From: an uncultured virus (IMG/VR IMGVR_UViG_3300030430_003815)
Lineage: Duplodnaviria; Heunggongvirae; Uroviricota; Caudoviricetes
DNA length: 64,000 nucleotides
IMG/VR virus record: IMGVR_UViG_3300030430_003815
Strand: one strand, 5' to 3'
Shown here piece by piece: positions 48,288-57,970 of the stretch (position 1 is the first letter of the stretch; every line of letters begins with the position of its first letter). The notes below the pieces were generated by a model. That model was given only the letters and a program-made list of their open reading frames with translations, ran no database searches and had not been told where the DNA came from. A program made the translations under genes and the position numbers.

Positions 48288-50819
48288 ATGAAATCTTTTT
48301 ATACTTCCGTAAATCGCTATGGCAATTCTATACTTTATCGTGGTTACAACGAGAATGGAGCTGCCATAGCTCAAAGATATAAATTTTCACCAACACTTTA
48401 TACACCATCAAAGAAACCTACCAAGTTCAAAGGTTTTGACAGCGGATATGTAGCGCCACTAAACTTTCCAACTATGCGAGATGCTAAAGAATGGCTCGAG
48501 CAATATCAGGAAATGGAAGGTGTAAATATATTTGGTACAAAAAATTATATCCATCAGTTTATTACAGAAAAGTTTCCTAATCAAATAGAATTCGAACCAA
48601 ATGCAATTAATGTTGTAAACTTCGATATAGAGGTTGCATCTGATTCTGGATTTCCAGTTCCAGAACAGGCAGCATATCCAATCACAGCAATTACAGTAAA
48701 GTCAAGTCAATCTTCAGTATATCAAGTCTGGGGTTGTGGTGATTACGATTCAGAAAAATGCCAGATAGAATTACATGGTAACTTAATACAATATCATAAA
48801 TGTAAAAATGAAACTGAATTACTTGCAAAGTTCTTAGGTTATTGGATAAAAAATTATCCTGATGTAATTACAGGCTGGAATACACGTTTCTTTGATATAC
48901 CATACATAGTAAATCGTATCAAAAATGTTGGTGGTGAAGTTGCTGCAAGTAGGCTATCACCTTGGAAATTAGTAAGTGAAAGAAACCTCATGATCGGTGG
49001 CCGTATGAATTATGGCTATGATATAACTGGCATTCAACAAGCAGATTATTTAGAACTATTTAAAAAATTTGGATACTCTTACGGTCCTCAAGAATCTTAT
49101 AGACTTGATCATATTGGTTATGTTGTGCTTGGTGAACGTAAACTCTCATTTGAAGAACATGGTAGTTTATTAAATCTTTATAAAAATGATTATCAAAAAT
49201 TTATTGATTATAATATCAAAGATGTTCAATTAGTAGATCGCATCGACCAGAAGATGGGACTTATTAATCTAGTATTTACTATGGCCTATAGGGCTGGTGT
49301 TAATGTTACAGATACATTTGGCACTACAGCAATATGGGAATCAATCATCTATCGTAGACTACAGAAAAATAATATCATAAGTCCAATTGATCAAATCAAG
49401 AAAGTTGTTTATCAAAATAAATCAAATGCAAATGTTATTGAAGGTGGTTATGTTAAGGAACCTCAAGTCGGTGCACATGACTGGGTGGTATCTTTTGATT
49501 TGAACTCTCTGTATCCAAACATTATAGTTCAATCCAACATATCACCCGAAACTTTAGTTAAAGATAAATCGTTTGGTCATTATGAACAGGATGTTAATTA
49601 CTATCTTGATAGTAAAGATAAGACATCTAAGGATTATTCTATATGCGCTAGTGGGGTACCATTTTCTCATGAGAAACAAGGTATCATTCCAGAGTTGATT
49701 GTTGAGTATTATGCAGAGCGTACACAAATTAAAAAGAAAATGCTTAAAGCTAAATCTCAATATGAGAAAGAAAAGTCTCGTCAACTTGAGGCCGAAATAA
49801 ATCAGCTTGAAAATAATCAAATGGCTATTAAGATATTACTAAACTCTCTTTATGGCGCTTTAGCCAATAAGTACTTTAAGTATTTTGATAATGCACTAGC
49901 CGAGAGCGTTACATTGACTGGCCAGCTTTCTATTAAATGGGCAGAGAAGGCTATAAATCAAGAGATGAATAAAGTTCTTAAGACTGGTAATAAAGACTAT
50001 GTTATAGCAATAGATACAGATTCTTTATATATCAACTTTGGTCCATTAGTAAAAAAACTTAATCCAAAAGATCCAGTTGCGGCTATTGATAAACTATGCC
50101 AAACTCATTTTGAAAAGAAACTTGCTGAGGCTTATGATAAACTATTTTATAATCTAAATGGTTACACACCTCGAATGGAAATGGGTAGGGAAGTTATTGC
50201 TGATCGTGGAATCTGGACAGCTAAGAAAAGATACATTCTCAATGTACATAACTCAGAAGGTGTGCAATATGCCGAGCCTAAACTTAAGATTATGGGTATT
50301 GAGGCTATCAAATCGTCTACACCAGAAGTTGTACGTAATAAGTTTAAAGAAGCATTCAAAATTATTGTGACAGGTGATGAATTAAAAACTCGTCAGTTCA
50401 TCAATGAGTTTAAAGAAGAGTTTAAACTACTTTCTCCAGAAATGGTATCATTTCCAAGAAGTGTACAAAATGTTGGTAAGTGGAAAGATAGAATACATAT
50501 ATATTCTAAAGGTACTCCAATTCATGTTCGTGGCGCGCTTTTATATAATCATCACGTATCAGATCTTTTCCTTGATAAAAAATATTCTCAAATTAGTTCA
50601 GGCGATAAGATAAAGTTTTCTTATCTCAAATTACCAAATCCAATTAAAGAAAATGTTATATCGTTTCCCGACTTCTTACCACAAGAATTCAAGCTTCATA
50701 AATATATAGATTACGATACTCAATTTGATAAAACATTTATTGAACCACTCAATCCAATACTTGAAGCGGTTGGCTGGTCAGTAAAAGAACAAAATACATT
50801 AGAGGAGTTTTTTGGATGA
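48288..50819 (+). CDS. gp43: Family B DNA polymerase gp43
   Basis: DIE exonuclease motif, SFDLNSLYP, KILLNSLYG, DTDS; C-terminal TLEEFFG clamp-binding tail. Confidence 0.97.
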   Translation: MKSFYTSVNRYGNSILYRGYNENGAAIAQRYKFSPTLYTPSKKPTKFKGFDSGYVAPLNFPTMRDAKEWLEQYQEMEGVNIFGTKNYIHQFITEKFPNQIEFEPNAINVVNFDIEVASDSGFPVPEQAAYPITAITVKSSQSSVYQVWGCGDYDSEKCQIELHGNLIQYHKCKNETELLAKFLGYWIKNYPDVITGWNTRFFDIPYIVNRIKNVGGEVAASRLSPWKLVSERNLMIGGRMNYGYDITGIQQADYLELFKKFGYSYGPQESYRLDHIGYVVLGERKLSFEEHGSLLNLYKNDYQKFIDYNIKDVQLVDRIDQKMGLINLVFTMAYRAGVNVTDTFGTTAIWESIIYRRLQKNNIISPIDQIKKVVYQNKSNANVIEGGYVKEPQVGAHDWVVSFDLNSLYPNIIVQSNISPETLVKDKSFGHYEQDVNYYLDSKDKTSKDYSICASGVPFSHEKQGIIPELIVEYYAERTQIKKKMLKAKSQYEKEKSRQLEAEINQLENNQMAIKILLNSLYGALANKYFKYFDNALAESVTLTGQLSIKWAEKAINQEMNKVLKTGNKDYVIAIDTDSLYINFGPLVKKLNPKDPVAAIDKLCQTHFEKKLAEAYDKLFYNLNGYTPRMEMGREVIADRGIWTAKKRYILNVHNSEGVQYAEPKLKIMGIEAIKSSTPEVVRNKFKEAFKIIVTGDELKTRQFINEFKEEFKLLSPEMVSFPRSVQNVGKWKDRIHIYSKGTPIHVRGALLYNHHVSDLFLDKKYSQISSGDKIKFSYLKLPNPIKENVISFPDFLPQEFKLHKYIDYDTQFDKTFIEPLNPILEAVGWSVKEQNTLEEFFG

Positions 50820-51547
50820 CAAATTATGTTTTTGACGTGGATGGAACACTTACACGCAGTAGAGGAAGAATGAATGAAGGATTTAGAAGATTCTTCTTAA
50901 AATTTATTCAAGATCACAAAGTATATCTTGTTACTGGAAGTGACTACCATAAGACAGTAGAACAAGTTAGTCGTGAGGTCACTGAATCAGTTGAAAAGGT
51001 ATTTAATTGTTCTGGGAATAGCGTTTGGAGAAAAGGTTTAAATATTCAAAAAACGGATTGGAGTATTCCTATGGAAGTAAAAGTGTGGCTTAAAAAGAAA
51101 CTTAATGAAAGTAAGTTTGATTTAAGAACTGGAAATCATATAGAAGAGCGACCAGGACTTGTAAACTTTAGTACCATAGGTAGAGGATGCAACTTAGAAC
51201 AAAGACGATCGTATGTAAAGTTTGATAGCATACATGAAGAAAGAGAAAAGATTACAAAAGAATTTAATGATAAATTTCCAAATATTACCGCTCAGGTTGC
51301 CGGAGAAACTGGGATAGATATTATACCAGCTGGAAAAGATAAAAGACAAGTAGCATTTATGATTGATGGGCCTATAACATTTTTTGGTGATAAAATGAAA
51401 TATGGAGGCAATGATTATCCATTGAAATTTGCCATAGAAGGTCGTGCTGATTCAGGTGCTATAGAAGTTAAAAATTGGGAACAAACACATAGATACTTAC
51501 AACAAATACAAATTTTCAGTTTACAAGAAGCTGTCGGTATGGTATAA
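50816..51547 (+). CDS. HAD-IIB phosphomannomutase-like (eukaryotic PMM type)
   Basis: FDVDGTLT, VTGSD, VNFSTIGR, FFGDK...GGNDY. Confidence 0.82.
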   Translation: MTNYVFDVDGTLTRSRGRMNEGFRRFFLKFIQDHKVYLVTGSDYHKTVEQVSREVTESVEKVFNCSGNSVWRKGLNIQKTDWSIPMEVKVWLKKKLNESKFDLRTGNHIEERPGLVNFSTIGRGCNLEQRRSYVKFDSIHEEREKITKEFNDKFPNITAQVAGETGIDIIPAGKDKRQVAFMIDGPITFFGDKMKYGGNDYPLKFAIEGRADSGAIEVKNWEQTHRYLQQIQIFSLQEAVGMV

Positions 51548-51548
51548 T
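51520..51548 (+). promoter_or_regulatory. Early-type promoter
   Basis: TTTACA-N17-TATAAT with TG extension. Confidence 0.7.
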
Positions 51549-51568
51549 ATACTTGGAAGGATAAAATT

Positions 51569-51982
51569 ATGAGTACACATTGGTCAAAAGATATTAGTGA
51601 TATGCATCAAAAGTTTGGTGTTAATAAATGGTTTACTAAAAATAAATCAAACAAAGAGATTATGAAAAAATATCTTATGTTTAGAATGCTTATGTTAAAT
51701 GAAGAATTACATGAAACAATGCAAGCTGTAAATAGTGAAAACCCAGAAGAAATAGTAGATGGTTTAATAGACATATGTGTATTTGCAATAGGTACTCTCA
51801 ATGTTTTAGAGGTTGACGCCGATAAAGCTTGGGATGCAATACATAATGCAAACATGGCAAAAGAACCTGGTGTAAAAGCTGGTAGGCCCAATCCTTTTGG
51901 TATGCCGGATCTATTAAAGCCAGAAGGTTGGAAAGGACCTGATCATAGCGACAATCATGGAAGTATCAGCGACATTCTTTAA
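51569..51982 (+). CDS. All-alpha NTP pyrophosphohydrolase (MazG/PRA-PH-like)
   Basis: EELHE...EEIVDGLID, ANMAK, KPEGW. Confidence 0.82.
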   Translation: MSTHWSKDISDMHQKFGVNKWFTKNKSNKEIMKKYLMFRMLMLNEELHETMQAVNSENPEEIVDGLIDICVFAIGTLNVLEVDADKAWDAIHNANMAKEPGVKAGRPNPFGMPDLLKPEGWKGPDHSDNHGSISDIL

Positions 51983-52886
51983 ATCAATATACGATAATAA
52001 AACACATCGTAGAATGGATTTCTCAAACTTTCCTAAGTTTGAAGAGTTCCTATATAAATTATCTGAAAGAAAACTTGGAGGCAAAAATGATGCAGAACTT
52101 ATGTGCCCTGCTACGTTCACCAAAGATACTACCCGAGCCAATAGAAATGTATTGGATTGGGCAGGCTGGGCTGCTGTTGATGTTGACGATTATGAATTCA
52201 AAGGGGATATAAAAGATGCTTTACGCGATACAATTGGCTCTTTCCATTACATTTGTTATAGTACTGCTAGCAGCCGAGAAAGTTTACCAAAGTTTCGTAT
52301 TGTCTTTCCGACTCGAGAAAGAATTGGAGCAAGCAACATCAGAGCTTTCTGGTTTGCTCTCAACTCGAGACTCGAGTCGATTGGTGATAAACAAACTAAA
52401 GACTTATCACGCATGTATTATACTCCTGCTACGTACTCTGGCGCTTTCAACTTTATTTTTACTAATGCTGGCGCTGTTATAAATCCAGCTGATCTTATGG
52501 AAAAATATCCATACGTTGAAAAAAATATAGGTAAAACATTCTTGGATAGATTACCTGAAGCTTTACAAAAGCAAATAATACAACATCGTAAAGATAAGGC
52601 TGAAAATAGAGATATACGATGGAATCATTACAGTGATTGTCCTTTTTGGCCACAAAGACTTGCATCAGAATACAAAGTGATAAGTAACACAGGTTGGTAT
52701 CATAAGATGTATCAAATCATGGTTGCCACTGCAAGTAAAGCAATTCAAAGAGAATATCCTATTACGTCTACTGAGATATCAGAAATGTGTAAAGCATTTG
52801 ATGCTGATAATGGTAATTGGTACCAGAATAGACCTATTGATAAAGAAGCTGATAGAGCAATTGAATATGCTTATAAAAATATGTAA
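51957..52886 (+). CDS. Primase-polymerase (AEP-like) protein
   Basis: AVDVDD catalytic motif, YSTASS, PKFRIVFP, KDLSRMYY. Confidence 0.65.
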   Translation: MEVSATFFKSIYDNKTHRRMDFSNFPKFEEFLYKLSERKLGGKNDAELMCPATFTKDTTRANRNVLDWAGWAAVDVDDYEFKGDIKDALRDTIGSFHYICYSTASSRESLPKFRIVFPTRERIGASNIRAFWFALNSRLESIGDKQTKDLSRMYYTPATYSGAFNFIFTNAGAVINPADLMEKYPYVEKNIGKTFLDRLPEALQKQIIQHRKDKAENRDIRWNHYSDCPFWPQRLASEYKVISNTGWYHKMYQIMVATASKAIQREYPITSTEISEMCKAFDADNGNWYQNRPIDKEADRAIEYAYKNM

Positions 52887-52893
52887 AAAAGTA

Positions 52894-52922
52894 TTTACTT
52901 TTGTCAAAAAGTTTGTTATAAT
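52894..52922 (+). promoter_or_regulatory. Early-type promoter
   Basis: TTTACT-N17-TATAAT with TG extension. Confidence 0.7.
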
Positions 52923-52943
52923 AGAATTAGAATGGAGGTAAAA

Positions 52944-53312
52944 ATGAAAGAATCAGTTAAAGTTTTACAAGAATGCGCTCAAATGCAAACCAAAAAATCA
53001 GCCGACTATCAAAGCGATCAATCAAGCGTATTGCAAGCCATGCATTATCGTCGTGGTGTTGATACAATACATGATATTATAGTTGGTAAACTCATGCGTG
53101 CTACATCTTTACTCGAGTCTGGTAATAATCCAAACTTTGAATCACTTGAAGATAGTTATAAAGATATGATTAATTATGCTTCTTTTGCTGTAGCTTATAT
53201 GCGTGGTAAGATGGAAGGCCAGCGAGAAGATCGTGATATGTTTAATAAACCAATTGATCCAGCTGCTACTATTGATCCTGTTGAAGAACCAATTGAGGCA
53301 CATGACGGATAA
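52944..53312 (+). CDS. DUF1599/Nmad1-like nucleotide-modification-associated protein
   Basis: KKSADY...KLMR...ESLEDSYKDMINY motif; GGAGG SD. Confidence 0.72.
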   Translation: MKESVKVLQECAQMQTKKSADYQSDQSSVLQAMHYRRGVDTIHDIIVGKLMRATSLLESGNNPNFESLEDSYKDMINYASFAVAYMRGKMEGQREDRDMFNKPIDPAATIDPVEEPIEAHDG

Positions 53313-53545
53313 TGGCTGGAGCAATAAACACACCTTTAAGACAACTTATTTTTGACTGGACTGCATGTCAATTGTTAGAAAAAGATCCTGATAATATTAT
53401 TCTTAAAAAACTTAGATCTTGGAATCATCCAGAAACTGTAGAACTAAATAAATTATTATCACAGTTTGAAAAGGATAAGAAGTATCCAGAACATTACAAT
53501 TTAGACTGGGGTTCTATTAGTTATAAAGAGATGATAAAAGAATGA
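53312..53545 (+). CDS. Hypothetical protein
   Basis: ORF overlapping its neighbours' stop/start codons. Confidence 0.6.
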   Translation: MAGAINTPLRQLIFDWTACQLLEKDPDNIILKKLRSWNHPETVELNKLLSQFEKDKKYPEHYNLDWGSISYKEMIKE

Positions 53546-53889
53546 AAGCTGGAAAGATATGGGGTCAAACAGAACTAATCCATGCAAATGGTGTTTTAGA
53601 GTTTCATCGCATTGAATATAAAAAAGGATTTAAGTGTTCAGAACATGAGCATAAATTTAAATGGAATGGATTCTATGTCGAATCCGGACAAATGCTTGTA
53701 AGAGTCTGGCAAGAAGATCAAGAAGGATTAGTTGATGAAACTATATTGAATCCTGGAGACTTTACGCAAGTAAAACCTGGCAAGATTCATCAGTTCGAAG
53801 GACTTAAAGATGGAATTGCATTTGAACTTTATTGGGCTGAGTTTAATCACAACGATATAGTTCGAAGAACTGTAGGAACAAAAGTATGA
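53542..53889 (+). CDS. Cupin-domain protein (sugar isomerase-like)
   Basis: KIWG, CSEHEH, IHQFEG. Confidence 0.75.
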   Translation: MKAGKIWGQTELIHANGVLEFHRIEYKKGFKCSEHEHKFKWNGFYVESGQMLVRVWQEDQEGLVDETILNPGDFTQVKPGKIHQFEGLKDGIAFELYWAEFNHNDIVRRTVGTKV

Positions 53890-54077
53890 TATATGGTTGG
53901 ATATTGATAATGATAACTCTACATCCCGATGGATCATTAGATGGCGGAGCAATAGATTATTTTAACACTTTTCCAGAGTGTTTTGCTGTAATGCAAGAAA
54001 TGTCAGTAACAGGTCAAGGAACGGGTTATACCTGTGTAGATGACTATGTTGACATGAGTGGAGATATAGAACAGTGA
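53886..54077 (+). CDS. Small hypothetical protein
   Basis: Coupled ORF; hydrophobic N-terminus, two Cys. Confidence 0.55.
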   Translation: MIYGWILIMITLHPDGSLDGGAIDYFNTFPECFAVMQEMSVTGQGTGYTCVDDYVDMSGDIEQ

Positions 54078-54487
54078 GAATTGGATTTACTTGTAGTACC
54101 TTTGATTTACTTCATGCAGGCCATGTCATGATGTTAAGAGAAGCGAAAGCCCAATGTGATTATTTAATATGCGGACTACAAGTAGATCCAAGTGTAGACA
54201 GGCCAGAAAAGAATTCTCCTATACAATCTATTGTAGAAAGAGAAGCTCAATTAGCGGCAATAAAATATGTTGATGAGGTGATTATTTATTGTACAGAAGA
54301 TGATTTATGTGATATAATTAATATGTACCCAATTGATATTAGAATATTAGGTGAAGAGTATAGAGACAGAGATTTTACTGGAAAAGATGAATGTAAGAAA
54401 AGAGGTATTCAACTCTATTTTAATAAAAGAGAACATAGGTTTAGTACTTCAGATTTAAGGAAAAGAGTATGCGAAAAGACAATATAG
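54074..54487 (+). CDS. Cytidylyltransferase (TagD/glycerol-3-phosphate CT-like)
   Basis: FDLLHAGH (HxGH motif), YVDEV, RFSTSDLR. Confidence 0.88.
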   Translation: MRIGFTCSTFDLLHAGHVMMLREAKAQCDYLICGLQVDPSVDRPEKNSPIQSIVEREAQLAAIKYVDEVIIYCTEDDLCDIINMYPIDIRILGEEYRDRDFTGKDECKKRGIQLYFNKREHRFSTSDLRKRVCEKTI

Positions 54488-54687
54488 ATGATATTATAGA
54501 CCTAGGTGTAGACTTGAGTGAACCAGACTTTACAACTAAAAATGATAGGCCAGGATTTATTAGTAGCAGTGGTTGGCCAGTACGTAGAGAGATAACAAAG
54601 TTAAATCATACTATGAAAGTTATGATCAATCAAATGAATAAATTAAAGAAACAAATAAGTAAACTAGAGAAGAAAATAAATGGATAG
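54469..54687 (+). CDS. Hypothetical protein with coiled-coil C-terminus
   Basis: ORF track. Confidence 0.5.
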   Translation: MRKDNIDDIIDLGVDLSEPDFTTKNDRPGFISSSGWPVRREITKLNHTMKVMINQMNKLKKQISKLEKKING

Positions 54688-55387
54688 TATCGTGGAAAAT
54701 TTAACCTGGGCAAAAGTAAAACATATTCGTCAACATTTTAGAGATGAATTAAAAAAAGAAATATTTACTATTGATAAAACCGGTCAAAAGACTATTGAAA
54801 TGATCGGTGCGTCTTTCATTGCTGATGAGTCTGCAATATTTGGTACTCCTAATCGAGAGTATATTGATGCCGAAATAGATTGGTACAATGGTAGATCTAC
54901 AAATATAAATGAAATATTTGGAATCACTAAAGCACCACCACAAGCCTGGCAATATTCAGCTAATAAGTTTGGTGAGATCAATTCTAATTATGGCCACTTA
55001 ATCTTTAGTGAAAAATTTCATAATCAATATTTGCATGTTGTAGAAGAATTAATAAATAACCCTGATAGTCGTAGAGCCGCAATGATTTATAATCGTCCTT
55101 CAATATGGCTTGAATATAATGAAGACGGTAAGAATGATTTTATCTGTACTAATGCAGTGACATATTATATTCGTAATAGAAGATTAGATGCTGTAGTTCA
55201 AATGAGATCTAACGATGTGGTGTATGGCTACAAAAATGATTACGCCTGGCAACAATATGTTATGAAAAAACTTATCGAAGATATAAATGCTCAAAGAGCA
55301 GATGATGATCAGATCTTCAAAGGTTTCATGCATTGGCAGGTTCAAAACTTACATGTGTATGAAAGGCACTTTGATTTAGTACAATGA
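54680..55387 (+). CDS. gp42: dCMP hydroxymethylase (T4 gp42-type thymidylate synthase homolog)
   Basis: DKTGQKTIEMIGASFIADE, GEINSNYG, NPDSRR, DFICTN, MRSNDVVYGYKNDYAWQ, LHVYERHF closely follow T4 gp42 as recalled, including the cytosine-specifying Asp. Confidence 0.9.
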   Translation: MDSIVENLTWAKVKHIRQHFRDELKKEIFTIDKTGQKTIEMIGASFIADESAIFGTPNREYIDAEIDWYNGRSTNINEIFGITKAPPQAWQYSANKFGEINSNYGHLIFSEKFHNQYLHVVEELINNPDSRRAAMIYNRPSIWLEYNEDGKNDFICTNAVTYYIRNRRLDAVVQMRSNDVVYGYKNDYAWQQYVMKKLIEDINAQRADDDQIFKGFMHWQVQNLHVYERHFDLVQ

Positions 55388-55932
55388 GTCAATTATTTAA
55401 AGATCCAAATCAACCAGCATTATTTAGAGAGATGAACGATCCTGTTCTTAATGCGACATATAAAACAATGAATATTATTGGAGTCGCTCCTGAAAAGAAA
55501 TGGGATGTAAGATATATTGAACTAGCCTACAAAGTAAGTGAATGGTCAAAAGATCCATCTACAAAAATAGGATGTGTTGTTGTAGGAGATAAAGGTCAAG
55601 TACTAGCACAAGGTTACAATGGTTTTCCTCGTAAAATAGAAGATTCAAAAGAAAGACTTAATAACCGAGAAACCAAATTAAAATATGTAGTTCATGGAGA
55701 AATGAACGCGATATATAATGCTTGTTATAATGGAATCTCTCTTGAAGGAAGTACGATGTATGTTACTGGTCTTCCTACATGCTCAGACTGTGCAAAGGGA
55801 GTTATTCAAGTTGGAATCAAAAGAGTCGTATGGCCGAAAGAACTTGAAAATGTTGAAGACAGATGGAAAGAGTCCATCGAATTGACAATGTCAATGTTTG
55901 ATGAAGCGGGAGTAAAATACGAATTTGTTTAG
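55384..55932 (+). CDS. cd: dCMP deaminase
   Basis: WSKDPSTKIG, GYNGFPR, HGEMNAI, PTCSDC. Confidence 0.92.
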   Translation: MSQLFKDPNQPALFREMNDPVLNATYKTMNIIGVAPEKKWDVRYIELAYKVSEWSKDPSTKIGCVVVGDKGQVLAQGYNGFPRKIEDSKERLNNRETKLKYVVHGEMNAIYNACYNGISLEGSTMYVTGLPTCSDCAKGVIQVGIKRVVWPKELENVEDRWKESIELTMSMFDEAGVKYEFV

Positions 55933-56215
55933 CGACAGCGCTGAGTTGCTCTTCTTAAGTGAAAGATTTGCAGATATTGAAGATGCGGAACTCAGAACAG
56001 AAAACATCAAAAGAAGAATAAATCTGATGTGGAAATTTATTAAACCCACACCAGTTGCCGCTAAAGTTGTAGATGAACCTCCTCCAGAAGAACCAAAGTC
56101 TCCAATGATTGACGGTCATGGCGATGTACATGACAAACCTTTTAGTTTTTATAAAAGAGCTGATGCAGGAGATGATTTAGTAGAACAGCTAAAAAGAAAA
56201 TGGGAATTCAAATAA
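55925..56215 (+). CDS. Hypothetical protein
   Basis: ORF track. Confidence 0.5.
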   Translation: MFSDSAELLFLSERFADIEDAELRTENIKRRINLMWKFIKPTPVAAKVVDEPPPEEPKSPMIDGHGDVHDKPFSFYKRADAGDDLVEQLKRKWEFK

Positions 56216-56218
56216 TCG

Positions 56219-56247
56219 TTTACAAACAACAAAAAATTTGATATAAT
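56219..56247 (+). promoter_or_regulatory. Early-type promoter heading the UDG-MIPS operon (leaderless likely)
   Basis: TTTACA-N17-TATAAT, 6 nt before ATG 56254. Confidence 0.75.
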
Positions 56248-56253
56248 TATATT

Positions 56254-56628
56254 ATGAAAAAAATATTGATAGTTGGCCAAAACCCATCAGCTCAAAAGCC
56301 TAGAAAAAATTCTACATTTGATAGATTAGATCAATGGTGTAAAGAAATGAATGTTGATGATTTTGATTTTATTAACTGTATTGATTCAGTTGGTGATTAT
56401 AAAAAGCTAAATATCAATAAGACCAACATAGTAAACTCAACTCGAAACCGTAAAAAAATTATAGCTCTTGGAAATTTTTCTTCAGAGACTCTGACTAAAC
56501 TTGGGATAGATCATTTTAAAATGCCACATCCCTCTCCAAGAAATAGAAAACTTAATGATAAAGAGTTTGAGAAAAAAATGATTAACGAGTGCAAAAGTTA
56601 TTTAAACGAAACCTGTGAGCTACTCTGA
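56254..56628 (+). CDS. Minimal uracil-DNA-glycosylase-superfamily protein
   Basis: ILIVGQNPS (motif A), IIALGN, MPHPSPRN (motif B). Confidence 0.75.
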   Translation: MKKILIVGQNPSAQKPRKNSTFDRLDQWCKEMNVDDFDFINCIDSVGDYKKLNINKTNIVNSTRNRKKIIALGNFSSETLTKLGIDHFKMPHPSPRNRKLNDKEFEKKMINECKSYLNETCELL

Positions 56629-56674
56629 TCCAGTCAAATATCTCACGTTAATAAACTGATATAAAGGAGAAAAT

Positions 56675-57970
56675 ATGTCAAAAATTAAAGTCGGCATTGT
56701 CGGTGTCGGAAACTGTGCTAAGTCTCTCGTCGAGGGAATTCAATACTACAATTCAAATCCAGAAGATAAAGTTGGACTCATGTATCCAGATATCGGTGGT
56801 TACACAACTACTGATATAGAATTCGTTGTTGGTTTTGATGTAGATCGTCGTAAAGTAAATCGTCCATTAACAGAAGCTTTAAGAGCTGCTCCAAACTGCG
56901 CAATGAATCACGTTGAAGAAATATTGGAAGTTGGAAGTAACTCACCAGGTGCTGTAGCTCCAGGTGCTATGGTATATTCTGGTCCTGAACTCGATGGTAT
57001 TGCACCATGGATGCTTGAATATCCTAAAGAAGTTTCATTTAGAACAGGAGCTGAAGCAGCAAAATCTTATGACGATATTGTTGATTTAATTAAAAAAACT
57101 AAGGTTGATGTTTTAATTAACTATCTACCAGTTGGTACTGAAAAAGGATCTAGATTTTATATGGATGCAGCATTGGATGCTGGTGTCCATTTTGTTAATT
57201 GTATTCCAACACTTATATCAACCAAAGAAACTATGGAGATTGAACAGAAGTTTATCAATAAAGGTTTGACTATTGTTGGATCTGATATGAGATCGGCTTG
57301 GGGAGCTTCAAGAATGTCAGAAGTACTTCAAGGTGCTATGATAGATTCAGGATTGATGGTAACACAGCACATACAAATGAATATGGCCGCAGGATCTACT
57401 CAAGGTCAAGAAAATATTAGAACAGGTAGAACCGCAAATACTGATTTTCTTAATATGGCTGAAAAATCTCGATTGCATAATAAACATGTATCGAAAGAAA
57501 ATGTTTTGAAAGGTCAGAACGTAGTACGAAATGAACCTACAGCTGGTGCAACACTTTACGCTGGCCCATCACTTACAGTATTTCAAAAGCCAGGTGGACA
57601 ATATGTAGGTAGTGATAATAAAATAGCTAACTTTGATATTATTGCTTATGGTTTTGGTGGAGCTAGATATGAAATGTCCGCTAGATTATCAGTACAGGAT
57701 TCTCCAAATTCTGGTGGTGTTGTGGTATCTGCAATCAGGTTCTGTAAAGTCGCATCTGAAATGAGTATTGTTGGTTATCTTAGAGGACCATCAGCATGGA
57801 CTCAAAAAACTCCTCCACTTCAGTTATCTACATCTGATTCAAAATTTGAATGTGATGCTTTGGCAAGACGTACTCTTACAAAATTAACTGAAGCTCAATT
57901 AAAAGTAAATAAACCAAAAGCAAAAAGTTTACCATATACATTTCAAGCTGGAGAAACAGATTATGAGTAG
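56675..57970 (+). CDS. ino1: Myo-inositol-1(3)-phosphate synthase
   Basis: VGVGNCAKSLVEG, INYLPVG, FVNCIP, NTDFLNM, DSPNSGG. Confidence 0.9.
   Translation: MSKIKVGIVGVGNCAKSLVEGIQYYNSNPEDKVGLMYPDIGGYTTTDIEFVVGFDVDRRKVNRPLTEALRAAPNCAMNHVEEILEVGSNSPGAVAPGAMVYSGPELDGIAPWMLEYPKEVSFRTGAEAAKSYDDIVDLIKKTKVDVLINYLPVGTEKGSRFYMDAALDAGVHFVNCIPTLISTKETMEIEQKFINKGLTIVGSDMRSAWGASRMSEVLQGAMIDSGLMVTQHIQMNMAAGSTQGQENIRTGRTANTDFLNMAEKSRLHNKHVSKENVLKGQNVVRNEPTAGATLYAGPSLTVFQKPGGQYVGSDNKIANFDIIAYGFGGARYEMSARLSVQDSPNSGGVVVSAIRFCKVASEMSIVGYLRGPSAWTQKTPPLQLSTSDSKFECDALARRTLTKLTEAQLKVNKPKAKSLPYTFQAGETDYE

Noticed and set aside
48288..50819. Intron or intein in gp43 (also checked gp17, gp20, gp23, gp46, uvsW, uvsX)
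   Set aside because: All are continuous and of normal length, with no homing-endonuclease or intein motifs
54680..55387. Canonical thymidylate synthase ThyA or dUMP hydroxymethylase
   Set aside because: The sequence follows T4 gp42 throughout and has Asp rather than Asn at the specificity position; a related dCMP hydroxylase activity cannot be excluded from sequence alone
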